DNA of 64,000 nt from the NCBI RefSeq assembly GCF_000315625.1, contig NW_005434633.1, positions 279,867 to 343,866 on the forward strand, given 5' to 3'. The translations under genes and the position numbers were made by a program. Of the stretch, positions 1 through 13,000 are shown piece after piece. The first letter of the stretch is position 1, and each line of letters opens with the position of its first letter. This DNA is from Guillardia theta CCMP2712 (lineage: Eukaryota; Protista; Cryptophyta). The notes beneath the pieces were generated by a model. The model searched no databases and had not been told where the DNA came from. It was given only the letters and a program-made list of their open reading frames with translations.

Positions 1-681
1 AGAACTTTGAGCTCGAAGGCACTATGAATGCAAACACAGATCCGTGGTTCTGTGCGGAACAAGCCGACAACTCAGTGGGTCAAATCTACCAAGGAGAGTG
101 GGTCGATAAGACTGTTGAAGAGCGTGTACAGATGCAGCTCAAAAAAATGGAAGAAATGTACAAAAGAGATGAAGGAAACAAGACGGAAGTCAACTACACA
201 GGCTATCAAGATAGTCTGGATCCGGAATGGGACAAGTTTATTTATGAGCACATCGACAGGCCATTGTACATGACAGATCCCGTTCGATTGAGCTCAGTGT
301 TCGAATCGGGGAACACGTGGGCTTTGAATGACAGCTATGTTGGAGATGCTGAATGGGACCCTGTCTTGCCAGAACGAGTCTGGACAATGAATTCCAAACA
401 CACACTCTCTCTAAACACATTTCGAAGTGCATCAGCTATCCAGGAGGAATTCTACGAAGATGCCGGTTGGCTGGAACCAAATGAGGATAGGCATCTTGAT
501 GTCAAGAGCTCTCCAGAAGATGACGACGGTGGTGATGGCGACCTGCCCTACGGCTTCATTCGTGTGCCACTGCCATACAGACCACCCGTGGCCGGTGACA
601 TGGGATTTGGACGATTGGGAAGGTGTATACGAGGACTATGCCCTCGTGCTCCCTATGTCAGAGTCTCAAAGCTGCGCTTGA
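1..681 (+). CDS. 3' part of an uncharacterised acidic, Trp-rich protein gene (probably begins upstream of the window)
   Basis: Frame of ORF 24-689 is open. A phase-1 GT..AG intron at ~529-580 switches it into the frame of ORF 427-681 (DHPWPVTWDLDDWEGVYEDY...), which stops at 681. No family recognised. Confidence 0.55.
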
Positions 682-909
682 ATGCGTGACGTCAACGATC
701 TCCAATCAGCCAATGCTCTCATGGCATGTTTAAAAATCGTTTGCTTCGGCCAAGGTTAATTGTCTAAAACAGCACTTCAAAATGGTTGTAATGAATATTC
801 CAATCTTTGTAGATGTGTTCTTGTGCGGTGATATTATGTTGCGCTTCCTATCTGTCCTATCTTCAAAATGATTCCAAGAACTTGACCTATTCTTCGATAA
901 CTTCCCAGA

Positions 910-2300
910 TCAGCCCTTTCTGCTCTTCTTTAGCCTTACTTCTCCATCACTCCCTGTACCGACATCAATTGTTACCACGTTGAGTGCAAATCACCGGCAG
1001 GACTGTCATTGAAACGCTTCCCCTTGCCCTTGGATGCAGGCACCGAATTCTTCGTGTACCTGTTTGCCGTGTCACCACCAAAGGCGGGGGTTGTTCGGGA
1101 AATGGACACCAATGAAAGAGTCTTGACACATCTTCAAGAAGAAGTTTGAACGCCTTGTCTAATCTGTTCCAAAGTCAAATTAACGTAAGTTGCGGCACTG
1201 GCCCACCTGTGGGAAGCTGTCGGAAGGTCGAAACCGATACCTTTCAGGGTTTCGGAGTATTTCTGGTTGACTTGGGTCTTTGGAAGTATCATGTTGCTCC
1301 TTAACAAGACACCCCCTGGCGGAGGAGAGACAATCTTGAGATCGAAAAAAGTCAGACAGAGCAGACAGAATTCTCCTTTGGTCATACTTGCTCGAAAGTG
1401 TCAGATACAATCTTCCCCTTTTGTGATTGCTTCTTCTTTCGCATCATGTTCTCGATCTTTCTGGCTTTGTCCAGAGTCTCTTGTTCTAGCTTTTCTTCAT
1501 TGGCACTCCTTGATAGTGACTCTTCAAAAAGTTTCTTACGTTGTTCCTCGTGCTGAACAGAACAGGTCAGCGACAACTCATAATAAATCCAGATTACATG
1601 GCGATTGTATGGCTTTGTTATCAACACGTTTTCCTCCCCTTCAGAGACAGCTATGTTCCTTGCCTCAGTCAACTTCCTTTGAATGAAATAGAATCTGTCT
1701 TTGAGAATCTCAATAGTGATGTCCCCCTGCAGAAATTTCAGAGGAACGACAACTTGACTTGGCAATCAAACTGATTCCTCACCTCCCATCTGTCTTGAAC
1801 CAAGATGAAATTCAAGTGAAACCTTTCCGCCAACTTCATCAATTCGTCGCTTTGCTGCCTTGTCCAGTCGTCAACATGTAATAATGTTTCATACTCTTCA
1901 TCGCTGTACAGGAGGAGTTGCACTTTCTTATTGAACTTTGCAAACGGGTATTCATCCCATTTCACCCCTTTTTTCTGCCAATGCTTTAGCTCCAGCCCAT
2001 CGGTTCGTGCTGAATTCGTGAAACTCTGGAACTCCCATTGAACTTTCTTCAGTATCGCACTTCTCTTCTTGCCGAACGACGGGACTGGGTGGCTAGGAAC
2101 TTGGTGGGGAACTGCGCAAAAGAGTCACTGAGAGCAACATGAAGTACGAGTTAGGATTCACCAGGACTGACCCCCGTGAGTTGGTAGACTTCTCGACTCA
2201 ATCCTTTCAGTGCCTTCACGCCATCGTCCTTAGCAGGCGGTCGAGTTCTAGGCTTGAATTCCGAACGAGGGGCAGCGCCCAGAATGTCCACAGCGTCCAT
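910..2300 (-). CDS. DMAP1: DNA methyltransferase 1-associated protein 1 / SWC4 (NuA4/SWR1 SANT-domain subunit), multi-exon
   Basis: ATG at 2300 (MDAVDILG..., LKGLSREVYQL). Motifs FTNSARTDGLELKHW, YPFAKFNK, YSDEEYE, DWTRQQSDELMKLAERFHLNFILVQDRW and IEILKDRFY are characteristic of DMAP1/Eaf2. Exons match ORF pieces 1738-1965, 1382-1765 and 1134-1385. Stop inferred at 910-912. Confidence 0.88.
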
Positions 2301-3136
2301 CCCTTATCCTGATGGAAAGGTCATTGAAGAGTCGGGAGAAAAGCATTCTAAGGGCATCATTCCAAGGATTGTTCACCTTGCTGACGATGATTCATGGCAT
2401 ACTGTGTTGGTAATCCACACCTCAATGTCGAAATTGCTGCAAGAAGCGACATCAGCGATCTGCATCTGACAAGAATCTTGCCATGAAGCTTTGCTACCAT
2501 GAATCTATCTAAACATGCACATTTCTTGGCAGCATCTGACCAACCGACCATTCTCGTGCATCTGTTCATGATGGCACTTCCACGACCTGCCTCCACTCCT
2601 CCCTCCCGGCTCCCTCCCGTCTCCTCTACGATTAACCTCACTCAATGGGAATACTACCCTCCATTTCATCACCCCCACCCCTGTCAGAGCCGTTATTTGT
2701 CCCAGCAGTCATAGGAATTGATTGACAAAATTAGCACCCCTACCCACATGTTTGAGTCGCAGAGAAGTATCATCAATATCAAAACGGGCGGCAATCAGCT
2801 CCGCCGGACACGACCCTAGTCCGCCCCGGGCGGGCCGCTGAGAATCTTGTGCTCCGACGGTTATGAGCCTCGTTTACTGATGGAGCGTATGCCACTGCGT
2901 ATGCCAGCCGTGCCAGTAGCGCCCGGCCGAGTTAACAAAAACTCTCCTGTAAACCAAGACGACTTACGTGGCAGGGCGGCGGCATGTAGCGTGTCTGGAT
3001 GCTGGGGTTTCACATCCTAGCACTGATACAGCCTATCTCTCATGTGCTCCTCAATTCTGGTTTCGTCTGCATTAAACTCGGTCTTGAGCAAAAACTGTCT
3101 TGTTACAACTAAGGTCGATGTGATATTGTTGGTTTC

Positions 3137-3667
3137 TTGCCTCTCAGCATGATCCTATTGAAAAACAAGCCTTTCCCACTGGCAGCCAGATTGGTCGGTG
3201 GGATATCTGCTTACTGTGGACTCCGGACATGTTGCCGGGAACACACTTGGAGTCAAAAAACTGGTCCCAAAATAGAAACCTCGTTTCCCGCCAAAATCTT
3301 GCACCCAGCCATGACAGGCTTGCACCCAGCCAACGCTCAGCAGCATGAACTACCGCATCTGCAAGAGGCTACCAGAACAGCCTTGTACAACCCACACCCT
3401 GGATCTGCGGCTTCTGCAAGCCGTGACAATTACGACGGCAAGCACTTCCCGGTCCTCTTCTCCCCTCCATCCTCTGTCCCAGACGTCTGCCCCGTCTGCC
3501 TCGAGAAAAACAGCCCCGCATACCTCAGATACCCCTGTGGGCACCACGTGTGCCACTCCTGCTTCTCGCCCAAGGACAACTCAACAATCAAACCCCTCGA
3601 CCTCTTCACCTTCGACCAGGACTACTTCCGTGTGTGGCCTCTCACAAGCAGAGACACAACACTGTGA
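3137..3667 (+). CDS. Short ORF with a partial RING-HC zinc-finger motif (possibly a gene fragment or repeat-associated remnant)
   Basis: CPVC-x11-CGHHVCHSC matches the first six ligands of a C3HC4 RING. The final CxxC is not present in this ORF. Confidence 0.4.
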   Translation: MPLSMILLKNKPFPLAARLVGGISAYCGLRTCCREHTWSQKTGPKIETSFPAKILHPAMTGLHPANAQQHELPHLQEATRTALYNPHPGSAASASRDNYDGKHFPVLFSPPSSVPDVCPVCLEKNSPAYLRYPCGHHVCHSCFSPKDNSTIKPLDLFTFDQDYFRVWPLTSRDTTL

Positions 3668-3762
3668 CACTTCCTGCCAACCCGGCGGCCGGCGAATCGG
3701 ATCGTTTCGAGAGTGTGACATGGGCCAAGGACAGGCCAGAACGCCATAGGTGTTTCATAGCA

Positions 3763-4243
3763 CTCCAATTAACTTTCCTATTCAACTCCCTATTCAACCA
3801 CCCCTATTAATCCCAAAAACCTTCCTATTAAACTCCCTAGTAAACCCCCTATCAAACCAAAAACTTCCTATTAACCCTCCAATTAACTTTCCTATTCAAC
3901 TCCCTATTCAACCACCCCTATTAATCCCAAAAACCTTCCTGTTAAAAACTCCCTAGTAAACCCCCTATCAAACCAAAAACTTCCTATTAACCCTCCAATT
4001 AACTTTCCTATTCAACTCCCTATTCAACCACCCCTATTAAAATCCCAAAAACCTTCCTGTTAAAAACTCCCTAGTAAACCCCCTATCAAACCAAAAACTT
4101 CCTATTAACCCTCCAATTAACTTTCCTATTCAACTCCCTATTCAACCACCCCTATTAATCCCAAAAACCTTCCTGTTAAAAACTCCCTAGTAAACCCCCT
4201 ATCAAACCAAAAACTTCCTATTAACCCTCCAATTAACTTTCCT
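3763..4243. repeat. Tandem satellite, ~4.1 copies of a 114-118 bp unit, nearly G-free on the + strand
   Basis: CTCCAATTAACTTTCC recurs at 3763, 3877, 3993, 4111 and 4227. Units differ only by small indels in A-runs and single substitutions. Confidence 0.95.
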
Positions 4244-4483
4244 GAGAAACCCCCGGCCGGCCCACCTGTACCCCCTCCCTACTCTTTTTGCCAAGTTTTG
4301 ACGCCTCGGTCTCCTCTCTCAGAGTGAGGTGAGGACTGAAGCATCCCGACTCTCTCTCTAATCTACCTACTGAGACTATAACTTCTATCTCACTTTGTTG
4401 TTGCTCGTCTCTTGCTCTATTGCTCTCAATCTTCGCATCGCTTGACCGACACTGGTGTTTCTCACACTATAACAGACAAGAAA

Positions 4484-5909
4484 ATGAGTTCACAAAAGCT
4501 TTCTGGAGACATCGTGTACGACACAAAACAAAAACCAGACACAAAACAAAAACCAGTCATTCCAAGAAGATCGAACAAGGAACCGAAGCACAACACCTTC
4601 GCGTCATGTTTCAAGCCTGAAGTACTTACATGTGGAGGGTGCACTCACACGTTGTAATTACTTGGCAGGACATACAAGTAGCACTCCTCGTTCCCCCAAA
4701 TGAAGTCTTCGCCGAAAGTGGAGCTATCAATAGGGCGTTTGTGGAGAGCATTGCCGGGAAGAATGGTTCCAAGGTGAAAATAACGAACAAGTTTCCGGAA
4801 GATCATCCAGCGGAGAGAGTGGAGCGAGTGATGTCCACTCAAGAGACAACACAGGGTGTCTTCGAGAAACTCTCAGTGCATGATCATGCTTTCCTCAAGC
4901 AGATCATCTCTCCCAACGAGACGTTCCTTGCAGAGTTGAAAACTGTTGGCTTCTTAGGCTTTCCCAACACGAACGAAGAGCTTGCTGGCAAAGGAAATGT
5001 CGTCCTGACAGACAAGAACTTGTACTTCTACTGGCACCAAGCCAGGTTTGAGGCGTCTGCCAACGAAAGCATTCAAGGGACCACCTGCTGCTGCTTCCCA
5101 CCAGGATGGTGCGGTTGCCTCGAATGGTGCAGATTTGCTTCGGGAAGCTACTCGCATGTGGGAGTGAGGGAGGCTGAGGACAAGATCACTTCCATCCCCA
5201 TCAGCTACCTCACTCCGGGGGGAGTCAAGTGTGAGCGCTCAGATCGCCTCAAGGTGTCGAGAAAGGTAGAGTTCGGATGGGGACCAAAATGCTGCTTAGA
5301 ATGCTGCACCTGCTGCATCTGCTGCACCTGCTGCACCTGCTGTGACTGCTGTGACTGCTGTGACTGGTGCTTCTATCACGGGAGGATGATCTTCAATTTC
5401 AGCAGCGAGCAGCTGACTGGGGCAACCATAGAGGCGAGGATCATCAAGAACATCGACAATGGCTTAGCCCACGGCGAAAGGGTTTGCGACAGCCGACTTC
5501 GCGTCATAAGCGTAAGATATATGGACCTTGCCAGCAACAAGGTGAAGGCTTGCGGACAACTTGTAATGAACAGATGGTGTGACTGAGAGGGTGAACCAGG
5601 TGAAGGAAGTGAGCTGCATCGTTGATAAAGAAAATGTTTCCCTCGAGGATGTCTACAAGTTTACCGTCGCCGTCAATTCCCATTGCAAGGCCCAAGATTA
5701 CCTCGATATCTTTCGTCAGGTGAAACCTTGTGGGTTTAGGATGGTTTCAAGCTGATGATCTGGTATCGGTGGGGCAACAGACAAACACGATGACCTTCTC
5801 GGACTCAGGGAGACTGCAAGGACTGCGTGACAACATCATGGAGAAGCGCATGATGGCCAACCCTGTGACTGCTTCGTTGAAGTTCTTCTCCAACATTTTG
5901 AGGACCTAA
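4484..5909 (+). CDS. Uncharacterised protein with two Cys-rich tracts and a possible PH-like segment, multi-exon
   Basis: ATG 4484. Phase-0 intron 4622-4668 joins ORF 4630-5586 in frame, and there is a second intron at 5542-5599. Contains CCCFPPGWCGCLEWC, CCLECCTCCICCTCCTCCDCCDCCDWC and GNVVLTDKNLYFY. The 3' end is approximate. Confidence 0.7.
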
Positions 5910-7003
5910 GTTCGCGCAACTTGAAACCAAGCATCTGGGTAGTGACAGACAGGCTAGCAGAGAGATGCTGCCGCTTCTCTGGACATTGCCGATCGACGAC
6001 TGACACTCTAGGCTGAGTGTAGCAGCTCTCAGGCTCGCAGGGGCCTGTGCCAGTAGTGCATGTTTCAAGGGCGCATGATCATTAAAGTTTAAAAAGGTCA
6101 CAGCGCTTGCTTGCCATGTTCGCGCCAGTACTAGCCTCGGCCATTCGCTGTGCAAGTTGAGTGCGATTGAAAACCGTACCAGCAGGGAGGGGTAGGGGTG
6201 GGTAGGGGTAGTAGAATTTCATAGTCGGGGTGGGGTAGTGACAACCGGACACCCTCCGATGGTGAGAGGTGATCTGTTTGATTCAAATCAGTGCAGCCAA
6301 GAAAACTTGAGTGAAATCTGTACTATTGTAGTGGATGAATCGGTTTTATTCGATACATTGCAGGCAGGTATTCGAACCAAATCGTGCTGTGACTGGTCCT
6401 CTAGTAGGTGGGGAGTCTGTCTGGCGCCTGCAGGAATGGGTTTTCTGATACAATCTGATGGTGGGGTAGTGACAAGAGGGGGTACCAAAAACCACAGGAT
6501 GGCTTTGCAAGGGTAGGGTGTAAGGTTGTAGGAAATGTCTATGCACGAAGGGGGTACAAATGATAATTCATGACGCACAATATGTTCCGCAATGTTGGAT
6601 TTCATTTGAGTAGAAGCTCCGGCCCGTCACGCCCGTTGCCACGCTTTGATTGACAAGCAAGTTAACGTAAAAAAAAGTCAAAAAAAGTCAAAATTCGTTT
6701 CATTCCGTTACCAGGATCGGGGATAACAAAGAAAAGCCTCGATTCGGGGGTGGGGTACCTTATTTATTTATGGTAGTTGATTTGGATAGGACTCCTCTAG
6801 AGGGACCTCTAGGGAGTCACCCTACCTACTAGATTCGATCACACCCACCCTGGCTTTGCACATATGCATGTATGAAATGTACCGGTACTATCACCCCACC
6901 CCCCTCACGTTACCAAATGGATTACCCACCCACCCTCTGATTCTAAGCTCAAAACCCTTTCTCCTTCATTCCCCCCACCCCCCAACCCGCCATTTTTTCT
7001 GCC

Positions 7004-10000
7004 ATGGCTCATCAAGATCGCAATGGCGACGAGGAGTCTGCGACTCGACATCCCCTCCTCCCCTCCCTCTCTTCCTACTCTCGCTCAGTTTCTCCTCCTC
7101 CCAGCTCATACAGTGCACATTGCTCTTTCTTCCCATCTCTACTATGTACGCCAAGGAACTTGAAACTGATTTTTTCAGACCTCCGTAAAAAGTCCGTAGC
7201 AGGATCTTTCCTGAAATTTCCTGCTTCCTGTGCAATATCGTTTCAGAACTCGTATCTGCACAGATGTGCTAAAGGCAAATATTGCAAAATCTCGACAGGA
7301 TCGATCCTGTTCTTTTTGTTGCTGATGGTTGAAATTGTTGGCGGCAGTTTTGCTTCTACTTCCGTTGTGAAACAGCCCTCGGGTGGAAATGCGTCTGATG
7401 TTCTAGGATCGTTTGAATTGAGCGTAAGCGCCGAACTGTTTCAAAAAAAAAATCTCACAATCAGAGCACAGCTCTTCAAAAACAGTGAACCAGCAAGTTT
7501 GTTGAAGGGAAATCGAGAAATTCTACTCACGAGTCAAAACGTGACATTCACCGATCTTGTCGTTTATTTCAACGATGGATCAAAGTTTTCGCTCAAATTC
7601 TTTGCCATGAATTGCTCATCAGTTGTTCTGATAGCAGAAAGCAACCTTTTCAGTATCCTTCCCGGGTACCTAGAATTAGTCGAAGCACCCCATGTCGTGA
7701 TTATTGGACTGCCATTCGATCTTGCTGTAGGTACATATGACAAAGCGAATCGATTACTGCACTACTCTACAAACACTCGAATGACACTAGATCTCAACGA
7801 TAGTGATGGCGGATTTCTGGGTTGCCTCGAATTAGAAGGAAACTGTTTGGAAAGTTACACGATTGCCGGGATTGCAAAATTTTCTGGATTGATCGTCTAC
7901 GGTCAATGGGACAACAGATCCTCTATTTCAATACTAGTATGGCATGAAGACAATGTTTCCTCTCTATACATTCAACTAAATTTCTCTCTGCACAATTGTT
8001 CGTTCCACGTCTGTCCTCCAGGTCAGTATTTCGAAACTCATTCGCAATTGGAAAGTTCAATCCTATCTGGATCCTGCATCATTTGTCCAGCAGGTTCAAT
8101 TTGTCCAGAAAATTCTACTGTCGTGATACCATGTCCAAGTGGAACTTTCTCTCCAAACGAAGCTGAGTTTGACTTCCAAGCTTGCATTAGATGTTTGGAT
8201 GGAACCTACTCAATTGCAGGTTCCACATCCTGCTCTGTTTGCGAGGCTGGTCACTTTTGCAAGGATGGAGTAAGGAAGAGATGCTCATTGGGAACGTTTT
8301 CTTTCAATAATTCTGTGTCATGCCAACCCTGTCCCCCTGGTCATTTTTGTGCTAGCTCAGCAATCCAGCCGATGCTGTGTTCCTCAGGACAATTTTCGTC
8401 TGGAAATCAATCAGAGTGTCTAGATTGTCCGTGGGGTACGTATTCTGAAGGTGGCTCGTCAGCCTGCCACTTTTGTCCCCTTGGACAATTCTTTGACCAA
8501 TCTTCCTGCAGTGAGTGTGCGGTTGGTCATTTCTGCAATGGAATTGAAAAGATTCAATGTCCAGTAGATCATTATGCGAATGGCACTCACGCCACAACAT
8601 GTCTGCAATGTGAGAATGGGACTTTTTCATCATGCGGATCTTCAGCATGCAGCGCTTGCACGGATGGCAGTGACCCAGACTACAGGTGCACGATTTGCAG
8701 ACCAGGTTACTTTTCAAGTGACGGCAAGCCTCCTTGCGAACCCTGCCCAGCTGGTTTTGCTTGTCCAAATACAACTACAGTCGTTTCATGTCCAGAGGGG
8801 TATGTTTCCTCTTCCATGTCAGTTTCCTGTACTCCCTGCCCTCGGGGATCAGCTTGCCCAAATGTCAGTTCTATTGATACAATTCAGCCTTGTCTGGATG
8901 GTTCTTTCTCCCTAGGTGTCTCATCGACCTGTTCACTGTGCCCAGCAGGTTTTGCTTGTGAATATAGAGGTAATGTGCCTGCAAGATGTGCAGCTGGGAC
9001 TTGGTCCCGTGAAGGACAAACGACATGTGCCATATGCCCCATGGGATTTTTCTGTGACCTTCTTCACTTAGAACCAACTCCTTGCCCTCCTGGAACATAT
9101 TCCAATATCTCAGGACAGAAATCTGGAAGTCATTGCAGGATTTGCGACGCTGGAAAATATTTTCCTGCTTACAATGCAACCACTTGCATATCTTGTCCAT
9201 CAGGATATAGTTGCCCAACGGCAACAGCTGTAGGATCAAGCTGTGCAAGTGGACAGTTTTCTGTGATTGGTCAGGGGATTTGCCTGCAGTGTCCTGCGGG
9301 CTACAAATGTCCCTCGTCAGATCTGCTTCCGGTACAATGTGAAGAGGGTTACTTCTCTGCTGAAGGCGAAATATATTGTCATATTTGCCCATCTGGATTC
9401 TCGTGCAATCCTGTATTTCCAAGTGCAGGACCGATTCCATGTCCAACAGGCACATTTTCTTTTTCAGGAAGTACTGTTTGCGAGGACTGTCCACCCGGCT
9501 ACTATACAAGTATTGCATCAAATTGCTCAGAGCACGGTCAAGGAGCATCGAATTGCACTATTTGTCCTCCTGGTCACTACTGCGCGAATCATTCATTGCC
9601 AGCACGTTGCCCCCCTGGGAAATATGCACAAGGAGGTGAGCAGACATGCTCAGAGTGCATTGCCGGCTTTTTCTCTCAAGAGGCTGCAGAGAACTGCACT
9701 CCATGTCCAGCTGGAGAATACTGCTTCTCAACGAATTTACTGCCTGAACCTTGCCCTCCTGGCACATTCAGCGAAGCTCTCGCCACCGCTTGTCGAGACT
9801 GTCCGCCAGGTCAATATTCCGTTACGAATTCTTCAAGCTGCAATTTTTGTGAACCAGGCAAGTTCTGTATCAATAGGTTACCACCCCAGAATTGCTCTGC
9901 TGGGTATTTTTCAGATTACGGACAAACCAACTGTACGGAGTGTCCAGCCGGGCAATACTCTGTATCTGGAGCCTCATCATGTGAAAGATGTCCTGCCGGT

Positions 10001-13000
10001 TTCTATTGCCCTGGAATTTGCGACTCTCCGGTTGCTTTTCCTCTACCTTGCGAGGCAGGATACTTCTCTGAATCTGGTTCCAGTACATGTCTGCTATGCC
10101 AACCTGGTCGTTTTTCGAATAGCAAGGCCAGTACATGTGAGACTTGTCCACCTGGCAGCTTCTGTATTGATGGGAGATCACTAGCGTGTCCCTATGGAAC
10201 CTTCTGCGAAGGAAATTGCTCCTCTTGCAATGTGTGCCCTCACGGAAAGTACATGCCACAAACTGGAAGTGCGGAATGTTTAGATTGCCCGATTGGAAGC
10301 TACTGTCCCAATGCATCAACTATTTGGCCTTTGAGTTGCCCTGCAGGGTACTACTCTGATCAAGGACAACAGGCATGCAATGCATGCGATGGTGGAACGT
10401 TTTCAAGTCAAGGGTCATCATCTTGCCACCAGTGCCCTGCTGGATACTTCTGTACACAAGCGTCCACGTATCCTTCAATCTGCTCTCCGGGCACATTCTC
10501 ATTGAACTCCTCGTCACATTGTCTCAATTGCGAACCTGGCTCTTTCTCAGATTCTGGTTGGGCGTATTGTGAAACATGTCCGGCAGGAATGCAATGCTAC
10601 AATCAGCAACATCCAGTACAGTGTAACCCGGGAACTTTTTCTGTTGGAAATCAAAGTCAATGCAAGCTTTGTCCAGATGGAACGTTTTCGGATGTGCATG
10701 CTTCCACATCGTGCATCGATTGTCCAAACGGACATAAGTGCTCGCGGGGCAATTTGAATCCTGAGCCTTGTGAGGATGGGAAATTTGCCCCCAATCGCTC
10801 CAGTGTCTGCTATACCTGTGCGGGAGGAACATACAATGCACGAATTGCACAAGAAGCATGCGATGTTTGTCCTGGAGGGTTCAGTTGCCCTCCCGGCTCC
10901 ACCGCGCCTGAACCATGTGCACCAGGGTGGTATTCTGTAGAAAATGCTGCAGCATGCTCTAGATGTGCGCAAGGGACCTACTCCTCTCTCGTGAGTACTT
11001 CTTGTTCGACATGCCCAGCTGGAATGTTCTGTCCTTTCGGTCTTGGTCCATTTGGATGTCCTCCTGGTTACTATTCCAATGGTTCGTCTACTTCATGCCA
11101 CGTGTGTCCGAGGGGCACGTTTTGTGAAGCAGGCTCTGATCTGCCTAAACTATGTCCCGCCGGTGAGTTCTGTGACAATATTCCCCAGTCATGTCCGCAA
11201 GGCTTCTATTCTTCGGCAGGCAGTGTGGATTGTACGCCATGCCCAGCTGGATACTATTGTCCCTCCACAGCTCTGCTGCCCATTCCTTGTGATCTCGGCT
11301 CGTTTTCTCCCGGTCTACAAACATCCTGCACTACATGCCCGGCTGGATTTTTTTGCTGTTCAAAAAATTGCACATTTTGCGATTCGAATGTATCCATGTT
11401 TACCCCACAGGATGTCTCGCCATATCAAGTCTCATTGTTACAATCATTTGATTTCAAGTACGTCAAGTGTTGGGATCGTTGCAGGCCTGGTACATACTCT
11501 TTGGGTAATCAAAGTGCATGCTTGGACTGCCCTGCTGGAATGGAATGTGCGGATGCAGCAAAATCTCCAGTCCTATGTCCAGATGGAAAGTTTTCAATGG
11601 GTCAAATGTCGAGATGTTTGACATGCCCACCTGGGTACGAGTGCAAAACAAAGATTTTGAATCCTACTATCTGTCCCATCGGCACATACTCACCAGGTCA
11701 GACGACAAGCTGCATTGTTTGCCCCTTCGGATCACAGTGCGATAATTACGGAATGTCTTACCCGGCTCGTTGTCCAGCTGGATTCTACAACTTGAATCCG
11801 AATAGCACTTGTACGATTTGCCCGCCAGGATATTTTTGTCCAACACCAGATTCGCGTCCGCAGGAGTGTCCAGATGGCTTTTGGGCTAACGCAGGTTCTT
11901 TGAAATGTACATCCTGTCAGGCGGGTTTCTATTGTCCATACAAAGAGTTGAACATTATGATCGCATGTGTTGAAGGTTCTTACTCATACGCTGGCCAGAG
12001 CCAATGTACCCCTTGCCCCGCCGGTTTCAAATGTCCAACAAGTTTGCCTGAGCCAATTGCATGCCCTCCAAATACATACTCAACAGGTTGGCAGAGCGAT
12101 TGCTATGCATGTCCTCCAGGATTCTTATGTTTAAATACATCATCCAATCCCATCCCATGTCTCAATGGAACATATCGGGTGGGATCAGGAGATAGTTGTT
12201 TGACATGCCCTCCAGGCTTTGAGTGCCCCTTTACTTTCAGATCTCCCGCACCTTGCTCCGTGGGATATTGGAGCTCTGGCAGTTTCACGGCATGTCAACC
12301 ATGTGACGCTGGTTTCCACTGCACTTTCCCAGCATCTCAGCCAAATGCTGACAAGGACCTTTGCCCCCCAGGGGGTTATTGCCCTGCAGGTTCTATTTTC
12401 ACTCCCTGTCCCGCCGGTACTTTCAATGAATTTCCTGGATCTAGAAGCATTGTCTTCTGCACCCCTTGCCCCCAGGGTTATTTTTGTCCCAGCGGAACGG
12501 TTTCCTACCATCAGAACATTTGTCCCAAAGGCCATGTTTGTCCAAATGCGACATCCTATGGAACACAATATCCTTGTCCTGCTGGTACTTTCAATGATGA
12601 AATTGGAAGTTTCTCGTACACTTCTTGCAAGACGTGCAGCGCTGGTTATTACTGTGCCGGCGCCTCTGAGATGGAATCATACCTGTGTCCGCAGGGAAGC
12701 TATTGCCCAAATGGAACCTCTTACCCAGTTCCTTGTCCAGCTGGAACCTTCCTGGACTCCAATGGAATGTCTTCTGTGACAGCATGCAAGACTTGTACAA
12801 TAGGTCATTTCTGTGTTGCAGGAAGTGGATCTGCAGCTCCTTGCCCGTTAGGGACTTTCTCACCTGCTGCTGGGAACTCGCAACAAGGTCAGTGTACGCT
12901 CTGTACAGCCGGGATGGCATGTCCGCGAGGAGCGCTGACTGCTCCGCTGGAGAATTGTGAGCTCGGTCACTATTGTCCTTCTGGTACCATCTACCCCACG

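Noticed and set aside
3763-4243. CRISPR-like regular repeat; overlapping P/I/N-rich ORF 3750-3956
   Set aside because: There are no unique spacers, since whole units repeat, and no cas genes in a eukaryotic context. The ORF is a by-product of the repeat.
5335-5370. Recurrent TGA within the Cys tract suggesting selenocysteine
   Set aside because: The TGA triplets are out of frame (tgt-gac = Cys-Asp).
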